Of a stretch of DNA of 64,000 bases, positions 23,309 to 33,563 are shown one piece after another (within the stretch, counting starts at the first letter, position 1; every line of letters starts with the position of its first letter). The stretch comes from Cyanophora paradoxa CCMP329. Lineage: Eukaryota > Plantae > Glaucophyta. The translations under genes were made by a program, and so were the position numbers. A model generated the notes under the pieces. That model made no database searches and was not told the DNA's origin. It worked only from the letters and a program-made list of their open reading frames with translations. The stretch is from contig QPMI01000614.1 in the NCBI GenBank assembly GCA_004431415.1, positions 108,359 through 172,358 of the forward strand. The letters are read 5' to 3'.

Positions 23309-24394
23309 GGCTCGAGTGCGAGTGCAACCAAGCCCTTGGAACCTGAGGTCAGTTCTTTGTGATCTGATCGTCAGAACCCTCATGAACTCGTCGATGTCAA
23401 GAAGCCCCGCTGCGCTTGGGATTTCCTGCGTATGCCGATCATGCACCCCTGGTATAAGACTTTTCGTTTCGCTGCTTTTCCGTCTCGGCTTCCGTTTCAA
23501 CTATCAAATTTGGGATTTCTCTGGAGAACACACCCTCTATGTCGAGCCCTCCTATCCCGAGCAACTGCGCGATCAGCTGCATGCGCTCAATAATCGACTT
23601 GCGCAAGAGGTTTGGCGTTGTGGTAAAACTGCAGACTGGAAACACGAACCTGGAGGTCTCGCTATTGGCCCTTTCTCGAAACTTGCTGCTGAGCGCGTCT
23701 CGCTCCAGGGAGTAGCTCTCTGTCGCGTTCGCCTTCTTCTTGACACACAGCTCGCTTTCCATGAGATTGACGTGCCCTGCAATGTTTCGATTGACAGTCC
23801 CGTTGCCCTCCCCAATGTGCTTGCGATCCGGCCCGCGGCCCGTGCGATCGAAGGCTCGAGTGCGAGTGCAACCAAGCCCTTGGAACCTGAGGTCAGTTCT
23901 TTGTGATCTGATCGTCAGAACCCTCATGAACTCGTCGATGTCAAGAAGCCCCGCTGCGCTTGGGATTTCCTGCGTATGCCGATCATGCACCCCTGGTATA
24001 AGACTTTTCGTTTCGCTGCTTTTCCGTCTCGGCTTCCGTTTCAACTATCAAATCTGGGATTTCTCTGGAGAACATACTCTCTTTGTTGAGCCCACTTATC
24101 CTGAGCAACTGCGCAATCAGCTGCATGCGCTCAATAATCGACTTGCTCAAGAGGTTTGGCGCTGTGGTCGCACTGCAGACTGGAAACACGAACCTGGCGG
24201 TCTCGCTATTGGCCCTTTCTCGAAACTTGCTGCTGAGCGCCTTTCGCTCCAGGGAGTAGCTCTCTGTCGCGTTCGCCTTCTTCCTGACACACAGCTTGCT
24301 TTCCATGAGATTGACGTGCCCTGCAGTGCTTCGATTGACAATCCCGTCGCCCTCCCTGATGTGCTTGCGATCCGACCCGCGGCCCGTGCGATCG
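23309..24394 (+). repeat. 544-bp tandem duplication spanning the host/LINE 5' junction
   Basis: GGCTCGAGTGCGAGTGCAACCAAG... starts at both 23309 and 23853. Each unit is ~82 bp of flank plus ~460 bp of LINE. Confidence 0.92.
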
Positions 24395-27300
24395 ACTTCA
24401 TTCCCGTGCCTGCGCTTAGCCTTGTTAAGAATGCTTGCAAGTTGTCCTCCATGCCCGCACTCGTCCGGTTCCTCATGAACTCGTTGCAGCTTTCCGACCT
24501 TGCACTCCGTCCGCTGCCACCGTCGTCTTCCCGTACGTTTGCGTTGTACTCTGACCGCGAGAACATCAGCGATCGTTCAAAGGAAGAGCTGCGCCTCTCT
24601 AAGTCGGTTGCGTACAAGCTGCCTGCTGCCCCGTCGCGTTTCACGGTTCACGGCGTGTACAAGTACCTCTCCTCCCACGCTTTCATGGCACCGACGACCG
24701 CCGAGACTAAGTGGCGTGCTGATCTCTCTCCAAAGTTCCTCTGGCCGCCGGGCTACGATGCGCGCACTGATCGCTTTCCCTGGTTCAACACGGTGATTCC
24801 CGACCTCCGCTACGCTCTCACGCAGCGGGTCCTTGACGGCTACTTTGCACTGCGCTACAACGCTCTCCGCACATCGTCCCGCATCGCTGCTATGGCTGCG
24901 CGTGATCTTCAGCGTCCTGCTTCGTCGAATTTGCTTGACAGTGAGCTTCTCTCTTCGTTCTGTCCGGTCTGCCACCGGCGCTGCAACGCGCTGCACGTTT
25001 TTGCTCTTTGCCCCGTAGTGCAGCAGTTCTGGTCGCTCATCTTCCATGCCCTGCAGCTCCAACCGATGCCTATCCCTTCTGCACGCTTCGTTGCCTGGTT
25101 ACTTACTGGCTCGGTCCGTTTGCCGATACTTGGATGTTTCTACAGAACTGGGAGTGGCAGGTGGTTCGGATTCTTGGATTGCATGTCATTTTCCGCTCGT
25201 ATTCTCTGGCCTATCGTACAGGTCGCTCTGAAGCTGCTGCTACATTTGCGATGGACCCTGCCATACAGCTGCCCCTTACTCCTTCCTCCAAAACAGGTTT
25301 GAAGACGGCCACTCTGATGTCTGCCCTGTTTCGCGAGCTCGACGATTTAATGGACATGCTTCCTCGCCGTTTACCTCGTTTCAAAGCTACTTACGTCCGT
25401 GGGGACTTCCGTTTCATCTCTACAGCTGACCCGTCTCACTCTTCGTTTTGTTCTAATCTCTTGGACGCGGCTCGTGCTTATGACCATTCCCTAGCCTCTT
25501 TTGAGCACTGCGAGCATATCACTCAGCCTGCCCCTAGCCCCGATTTAGCTCCTAGCTCCCTTGTTGCTCAGTTTGCCTATGCCAAAAAAAAGAAGAGTAT
25601 GTATAAGACACGCCCGAGCCGGTTGTGCGGTTTTGACGAAAGGCGAAGGACCCGAAGGCCCGAAGCACAATCGACAGTGAACCAACCAGACAAGGGTAGT
25701 GGCGGCGCAAACGCCTTACGGTCTACCATGTATGCCCCGGCGGTCCGGCGCTCATACACGCAGACACGGAAAGCAACCACAGACATCCCAATGCGGGCCT
25801 CTTCCTAATGCCGGCCTGGGGGAGTCCTGGTCACGACCTCACGTGTGAAACCTTCAGCCATCAGTCATGTCATCAGCCTCTTCGTCAGAGATAAGCACCA
25901 TTGGAGAACCTGGGTCATCAGCGAGATCCATAGGGGCAGCGGATGGGAGAGTTGGAGGAGGTGAAGGCCGCAAGCGTTTGAAAGAAACCTGAGGTGGGAC
26001 ACCAGGAATGTTATCACCATGATCCAGAGCACCAGGGTCTGGAGAAGACATTCGACGACGCTTAGGCGGAACAATAGAAGGAGAAAGAGGATCAGTATCC
26101 ATGGGCGTCATAGGCGCAGAAGAAGGCAGAGGGGCAGAAGAGGGAGGAGCTAGGGAAGCAATGACAGCATGACTCGCGAAGTCGGGCTCAACATCAACAG
26201 CGTCGATTCGGATAGGAGAGATCGGCAGCAGATCAGGGGCAAGCTCAGTGTCATCCACATAGATGATAACTTGAGGAGAGGGCGGAGGTGAACCTGTATC
26301 ATCTATAGCAGCATCAAGACCAAACGCTGAAGCACCAACACGACGGCGTTGAAGAGGCGGCTCATCCTCCGAGTCAATATCGGGCGGCGGGTGAGGTGGC
26401 AGCGGGTGAGGGGTGAGTGAACCACAGGACCAGGGTCAGGGCAGGGTCGGGTCCACCAGGGGGTCGTCATCATCTGATGAGGTACTACTGGAGGAATCAT
26501 CAGGATCATCAGGGCCAAGGTCGGAAAGGTCAGAGGAGTCTGAGCCGTTGTCAGGAGGGGACATATAGCCTTCAAGATCCTCCTTTTCAAGACGCTGCAG
26601 CAGGACAGGCCGCACACTGGCATAAGGAAACTGAGCCACAAGGGGCTAGGGCTAGATCGGGGCTAGGGGCAGGCTGAGCAATATGTTCACAGTGCTCATA
26701 AGAGGCTAGGGAATGGTCATAAGCACGCGCAGCGTCTAAAAGATTAGCGTAGAATGAAGAATGAGAGGGGTCAGCAGTAGAGATGAAACGGAAATACCCA
26801 CGGACATAGGTGACTTTAAATCGAGGTAAACGACGAGGAAGCATGTCCATAAAATCGTCCAGTTCGCGGAACAAGGCAGCCATCAGAGTAGCGGCCTTCA
26901 AGCCCGTCTTGGAGGAAGGTGTAAGGGGCAGCTGTGTGTTAGGGTCCATTGCAAACGTAGCCGCAGCTTCAGTGCGACCTGCTCGATAGGCAAGACAATA
27001 CGAGCGGAAAATGACGTGCAATCCAAGAATCCGAACAACCTGCCACTCCCAGTTCTGCAAGAACATCCAGCTGTCAGCAAAACGGACCGAGCCAGTAAGC
27101 AACCAGGCAACAAAGCGAGCGGAAGGAATGGGCATCGGCTGGAGCTGCAGGGCATGGAAGATGAGCGACCAGAACTGCTGCACAACAGGGCAGAGGACGA
27201 AAACGTGCAGTGCATTGCAGCGCCGGTGGCAGACCGGGCATAGCGAGGAGAGGAGCTCACTGTCAAGCAAATTTGCCGAAGCAGGACGCTGAATATCAGA

Positions 27301-30300
27301 GCGCGCAGCCATATCAGCGATGCGGGACGATGTGCGAAGAGCGTTGTAGCGCAGTGCAAAGTAGCCGTCAAGGACGCGCTGCGTGAGAGCGTAGCGGAGG
27401 TCGGGAATCACTGTGTTGAACCAGGGAAAGCGATCAGTGCGCGCATCGTAGCCCGGCGGCCAGAGGAACTTTGGGGAGAGATCAGCACGCCACTTAGTCT
27501 CAGCGGTCGTCGGCGCCATGAAAGCGTGGGACGAGAGATACTTGTACACGTCGTGAACCGTGAAACGCGACGGGGCAGCAGGCAGCTTGTACGCAACCGA
27601 CTTAGAGAGGCGCAGCTCTTCCTTTGAGCGATCATTGATGTTCTCGCGGTCAGAGTGGAACGCAAACGTACGGGAAGACGACGGTGGCAGCGGACGGAGT
27701 GCAAGGTCGGAAAGCTGTAACGAGTTCATGAGGAACCGGACGAGTGCAGGCATGGGGGACAACTTGCAAGCATTCTTAACAAGGCTAAGCGCATGTGCAG
27801 GCACGGGAATGAAGTCGATCGCACGGGCCGCGGGCCGGATCGCAAGTACATCGGGGAGGGCAACGGGACTGTCAAGCGAAGCACTGCAAGGCACGTCAAT
27901 CTCATGGAAAGCGAGCTGTGTGTCAGGAAGAAGGCGAACGCGACAGAGAGCTACTCCCTGAAGTGAGACGCGTTCAGCAGCAAGTTTCGAGAAAGGGCCA
28001 ATAGCGAGACCTCCAGGTTCGTGTTTCCAGTCTGCAGTGCGACCACAGCGCCAAACCTCTTGCGCAAGTCGATTATTGAGCGCATGCAGCTGGTCGCGCA
28101 GTTGCTCGGGATAGGAGGGCTCGACATAGAGAGTATGTTCCCCAGAGAAGTCCCAGATTTGATAGTTAAAACGGAAGCCGAGACGGAAGAGCAACGTGAA
28201 AGTGAAATCACGCTCATAGTACGTGTCTTTCTTATACCAGGGGTGCATGATCGGCATACGCAGGAAATCCCAGGCGCAGCGGGGCCTCCTGACATCGAAG
28301 ATAGTCCGCCAGGCTTCGAAGATGGCAAAGAACGGGTCAGCAGGCGGAGGCCACAATGGCTTCACCAAGCGATCAGTTCTGTTGAGAAAAGGAAGCCAGA
28401 GCCCAAAGCCACCGTTTTCCGTGAACGCCTCAATAATTTCTCGACCAGGAAGAGATGCCGGGGAAGCAAGCCACGATTCCAAAGAGTTTGCGGCAAAGGC
28501 CAGCTGGAAGTGTTCGGGGAGGGCGCTCCGAGACCGCCGAGAGATACAGGTCGACACGAAGCAGTGGTCATGCCCTGATGAGGTAAGATGAACGCATCGG
28601 AATTTGAAGAACGTTTCCAGACAAAGGTCTGTAAATTCTTTGAAATAGCCCGGAGGATCTTAGGAGGTGCTGGAACCGCACGGATATAAAAGCTTAAGAC
28701 CCCCTGACAAAAAGCATAGGCGATGCGACCCCGTCCAAGAAGGGACGACTGGAAATCGACAGCTGTCTCCATAAAGAAGGTCGCTTTATGCTGAATCATG
28801 TTCCAAGACGGATGGTGCTCGCGATCAAGAAGGAGCTGATGAGGGAAACCGAGCTGCTTATGACAAGCAGGATCAAGCTCAGCGACGCGGAGAACAGGGA
28901 ATGGCAAGGGATCGGACGGATCGAAATCCAATGGTGAGGCAGCCGGTTCCCTTAGAACAATAGCAAGAGATTTCTCGATAGAGAGATGTTGACCAGAGAG
29001 TGGTTTGAAAGAGGCAAAACGTGCGTGGATAGCTAAGAGAGAGTCACGTAGAGAGAGCCCCTGGGCGCGGAGCAGGAATAGCTGATAAATATCGTCAGCA
29101 AACTGGACAAGGGGGTGCCAACAGGGCGGGGTATATCAGTGAGTGAGAGCAAGAGAGAACGTAGAGGGCTGATCGAGAGAATGAAGGAAACTGGGCTCCA
29201 GGGACCACCTTGAATGGTGCCCACAAGACGTGAGAACACAGAAGAGAATAGCCCATTCGCAAATACACGTGCACGGAGGGGAGCTCGAGGGTTGTACAGA
29301 CAGTGGTGCATTCTTCGGATAAGCCAGGGCCATTGTTGCACATGGAGAACGAGCGCCATAATAACCCAAAGCAACAGATCGTAGGCAGACTTAAGATCAG
29401 AGTCAAACCCGATAACACAGTCATAATTGGCGTAGCGGATGCGTGTATACGTTGCCAGCACTGCAAAGACATTTTTATGAACGTCCCGACCTTGTACGAA
29501 ACCGAACTGATCTTCAGGAATGATGAGTTGTAAGATCGGATTGGCTACTGTGACCATAGTCCGTTCGAACAAGCGCAAGAGTGTGTTAGAAACTCCAATA
29601 GGTCGGTATTTCGAAGCATCAGTGGGCAAGCCTGACCGCTTCCAGATGAAAGTGTATGTCAAGTCGCGCATAAAGTCAGGGAGGAAGCCTTGAACAGTTT
29701 GCCTATGCCAGTGCACGGCCTGTTCTATTGCAGCGGCTCGAAAAAGAGGATCTTGACGGCTATGAATCCTCCCCTGACACTGGATCAGACTCTTCAGAGC
29801 TTTCCGACCTGGGCCCTGATGAACCTGATGATTCTTCTACAAGCTCCTCTTCGGATGACGACGACCCTCCTGAGGCTCCGGACCCTGCTCCTGCTCTTGC
29901 CCCTATGCTTCCTGCGTCTCCTTCGCCCCCTCACACTCCCCCTCACCCCCCGCCAGACTTTGACGCTGAGGACGAGCCGCCTTTTCGCCGTCGCCGTGTC
30001 CATGCTTTGGACCCTCCTGCGCCAGCTCCTGGCGTTCTCGATGATGATGCTGATGCTCCCTGGACACTGATCCTGACTTGGCTCCTGATTTCAACCTGAA
30101 GCGCCGTCGACCCTCTACCCCTGCTCCTCCTTGCCTCTCGAATGCATATGGTTACCCAGACGGTACTATTGACCCATCTTTTCTTCCTTCCGTTAAAGGT
30201 TTGCATCTTTCCTCTCCTGCTGACCTTTCCGATCTCAGTGATGATTCGGGTTCTCCTGTGGTGCTCATTGACTATGATGCTGACGCTGATGCCATGGACC

Positions 30301-30608
30301 TTTAATCTCTCTCCTCGACTGGGGTTTAAAGCTCTAAACAGGATCGGGAATACCCCAGGCCGGCATTAGGAAGAGGCCCGCATTGGGATTTCGCCGATTG
30401 TTTTCCAGGTTTGCGTGTATGAGCGCCGGACCGCCGGGGCATACATGGTGAACTGTATAGGCGCCCGTCTGCGCCGCCACTACCCTTGTCTGGTTGGTTC
30501 ACTGTCGATTGTGCTTCGGGCCTTCGGGTCCTTCGCCTCAGGGCCTTTCGTCAAAACCGTTGAACCGCACAACCGGCTTGGGCGTGTCTTATACATATCT
30601 TCTTCTTC
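23391..30608 (+). mobile_element. Non-LTR retrotransposon copy A (5'-truncated, L1/Tx1-like), interrupted by copy B at 25585-29694
   Basis: ORF2 C-terminal region with the zf-RVT-type CPVCHRRCNALHVFALC. Reading resumes after copy B (QFAYASARPVLLQRLEKEDLDG). 3' UTR ends TATACATATCTTCTTCTTC. Confidence 0.9.
25585..29694 (-). mobile_element. Non-LTR retrotransposon copy B (L1/Tx1-like RT, 5'-truncated) with 16-bp TSD
   Basis: RT motifs YRPIGVSN..LRLFER, QFGFVQGR, DLKSAYD, GTIQGGPWSP, QFADDI, SLLGRGR and GGLGAP, plus a CCHC knuckle. Flanked by CAGTTTGCCTATGCCA at 25569-25584 and 29695-29710. Confidence 0.95.
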
Positions 30609-30689
30609 AGAGCATACACATAAGGTGGGAATGAGCCACGTTCAACTGCATAGAAAATCCGGGTTCTCCTATGGTGGTGATTTCGGTTT

Positions 30690-30850
30690 TCATTGGGGAT
30701 CCAAGGATTTTTCGAATTCTGTGGTGCTTATTGAATATGAGGATAAAACTGATCATGACTCAGTCACTGAGTGATGCCATGATGGTATCGACCTCTACAA
30801 CAACTTGGGTTCACAAACGTGGGCGTAATTGGGAATACCCCAGGCCGGCA
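30690..30850 (+). mobile_element. Third, diverged 3' fragment of the same LINE family
   Basis: CTGTGGTGCTTATTGAATATGA resembles copy A CTGTGGTGCTCATTGACTATGA. GGGAATACCCCAGGCCGGCA is identical to the start of the conserved 3' UTR of copy A. Confidence 0.6.
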
Positions 30851-30856
30851 TCGACT

Positions 30857-30922
30857 CTCGTCCAACTGGCAACTTTCGTCCAACTTTCGTCCAACTTTCA
30901 TCCAACTTTCATCCAACTTTCG
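30857..30922. repeat. (GTCCAACTTTC)n 11-mer minisatellite, as found inside family X
   Basis: Same unit at ~13432-13515 (reverse), 21843-21927 and 40670-40838. Confidence 0.85.
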
Positions 30923-30925
30923 GTA

Positions 30926-33550
30926 CTGGAGAACTAGAAATATTTAGTGGGCTGCATATTTATAGTACTAAAAAATTTTGAGCGAAGTAACAAAGTTTAA
31001 TCGCTCACTAAAGAGGCCGGGGGAGGGGGGGGTACCGTCTAAAAAGGCCTTGAGCGCGGGAAAGCATGCCGCCCAAGCGCGTAGCTAAGCGCCAGGCGTC
31101 GCCGCCGAGCTCCAGTGATGAAAGGCCGGCCAGCCGAGCAGCCACGCCTTGGCCCGAGCCCGACACGACGGTCTATCAGAAGGCGCGGCCGCTGGCGGGA
31201 GCCTGGTCGTTCTTTGGCAGAGTAGGCGAGAAGGCGAGCGAGTCGAGCACACGTCTGCCGCCGAAGCAGATGCCGCCCAGCCGCAGCGCCGTGCCGCTGA
31301 ACAACCCCGCGACGCTGCGCGGGCTGCCCGACCCGTCGACAGCTATCTTGCAGAAACCTTCTCCTGTGTAAATTTGACACAGAATCGCACAGAAAAGCAC
31401 CAAAAAGCACAGAAATGCACCACAAAGCACAGGTTGACACCGCAAAGCACAGGAAAGCGCCACAAAGCACAGGAAAGCACAGGTTGCACAGAAAAGCACA
31501 AGAAGGGCACAGATTTGCATGGGTAGGCACAGGCGACATGGGTAGGCACAGGAAACATGGGTAAACGTGGGTGAACATGGGTAAACACAAATTGCACGGG
31601 TAAACACATGTACGTATACAGGAGTATAATTTATAAACAATATATAAAACCTACATATATGTATATTAATAAATCTAGATGATTTTTGCGCGGCGGGTGC
31701 GCCGGCCACGAGCTCGACCGTCGGACTTGGCGAGCGCCCAACGCCGCCCATACTTGCAGTGCGCATGCAGACGGGGAGGCTGCAAAACCCAATGGGGTAC
31801 CCCCCCTGCGTGGGCGCGCCTGTTTCCGGGCCATCCAGCCACTCGCCGCGGCGTCCTAGCACTGGTTCGTGCTCTCCTTACTGTCCTTGTACATCATACG
31901 CATGCGCCTCGTGTGAATTCGGCATTCGTGCCTTTCATCTCGGCCGTTGTGCCATTCCCCTGCCTGTCGCGGCTGTCTACTTCATCTTCGATGCAACACG
32001 TCTGAAATGCGCCCTCTGACATGCCTACGTCACGCCGTCGCCTGGCGCCTTTTCCCGCTAACCGCTTCGTCGCTGTAGACGTGGCTGCTCATTGCTTGCT
32101 CTCCTTCAGTGCGCATTACATCTCTGCATCTTTATGTCGTCCGGTAGCCGATCGCATCGCTAACAAGCCGACCTTTCTGCCACCATTGCTAACTGCTGCC
32201 TGCGCTTCGGCATAGCATTGTCTGCTTGCTGCGCATCGCCTCGACTCACCTCCTTCGACTCACCTCGCTTGCTCCGCATGCCGCTGCCGGACGCTGTCGC
32301 ACACCTCCTTCGACTCACCTCAGCTCTGCTGCTCGTGAGGAGATTATTTGTTTCCACTCATGATTCCCTTTAGCGAGCCTTTGCCACTGCTCAGCAGATT
32401 ACTCGTGAATCTGTTGCACAGGCTCAGACCCAGTCTTTAATAAGCGCACTCATCTTTCTGATCCGGAGACTAATAACTCTTCTGTTGGTATGGCAGATGC
32501 TGCTTTTAATGAGTAATCCTGAGTACTAGTTGACCTTATATTTTTTTCTTTGTCCCTGCGGGGCCTCCTGATACCCTCGGGCCGCCCGACAGGGAGCGGG
32601 CCGTCACGGGGATTCAGGCCCTTCCTATGTAGCGCCGTCGGGTGCCCACATAGGGTGCCCTATTTTCTTGCTGGCGCCCTGGGGGTGGTGGCCCAGGGTC
32701 CTGTATGCGGCTCCACTCACTCCCCATGCTAGTGGGTCCCTGACGGGCCTTGCACGTCCCATTCGGGGCCTCTGCGGCTTTGTCATACCCAGTCTTGCTG
32801 GCATGGATGTGTCTACTGCATTTCTCTCTCTCTCTGCAAAACCTACAGCTGATATCGATCTCCACTGAGCCTCGAGCTGCTTGCTAACAAATTGTAGCAG
32901 CCTGGCAGGTCCTGGCAAACACAGGCCTACATGGGTAAACGCAGGTTTGCATGGGTAAACACAGGGAACATGGGGGGTACACACACGCGGACATGGGTAA
33001 ACACAGGCGGACATGGGTAGGCACAGGTTTACATGGGTAGGCACAGGTGGACACAGCTGCAGGTCGACACAGCTGCAGATTGCACCAGATTGCACCGGAA
33101 AAGGTTTCGGCAACCTAGACAGCGTCCAGCGTGAAGGAGGTGGAGGAGATCGCGGCTGTGAATGATGCCGTGCTCGCAGAGGAAGCTAAGCCAGTCCGCT
33201 CGCCCGCTCGCTGGCCGGCGCACGCCGCTAACTGCGCCCGGGCTCAGACCCCAGCCACGCTCTGACCCGAGCTCGACATGTGGTATCCGCGCTGGAACCC
33301 CGATCGCGAGGAGATCTGAGCTCGAGCAGCTAGTGCTAGCGGTATTTCGACTTGTACAGTGCAGTAACAGTGACAGCGGCCTTCAGCGGCACGGGCACGG
33401 GGGGAGGGCGGCCGGAGGGGCCTCCGCTGACGTCCCCTAGGGAGCGGTTTGGCCTGACCTACCAAATATTTTCCGCCCACTAAAATGACCGAAATCGCGA
33501 AGTACTAATTATTTTCCTGTGCTAATTATATAAATTAACTAGTTCTCCAG
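30926..33550. mobile_element. Non-autonomous TIR DNA transposon with TA target duplication (outer element)
   Basis: TA-CTGGAGAACTAG at 30924-30937 and CTAGTTCTCCAG-TA at 33539-33552. AT-rich subtermini share AGTACT and TTTAGTGGGC motifs. Confidence 0.7.
31344..33117. mobile_element. Non-autonomous TIR element with 6-bp TSD (inner element), with subterminal GCACAG / CATGGGTAAACAC repeats
   Basis: Imperfect TIRs TATCTTGCAGAAACCTTCTCCTGTG vs revcomp TAGGTTGCCGAAACCTTTTCCGGTG. GACAGC at 31338-31343 and 33118-33123. Confidence 0.75.
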
Positions 33551-33563
33551 TATGCGCCTCGGT

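Noticed and set aside
23016-23390. Minus-strand host gene interrupted by the LINE cluster
   Set aside because: Plausible splice signals, but no recognisable product and no TSD for copy A, so it cannot be supported.
30357-30400. GGCCGGCAT as the start of an HDV-like ribozyme in the LINE
   Set aside because: Only the first 9 nt match. I could not build the nested double pseudoknot, and it lies in the 3' UTR rather than at the 5' end.
23391-30608. DIRS/Ngaro or LTR element suggested by the inverted and direct repeats
   Set aside because: The RT is non-LTR type with no RNase H, integrase or tyrosine recombinase seen. The repeats are explained by nested insertion and a local duplication.
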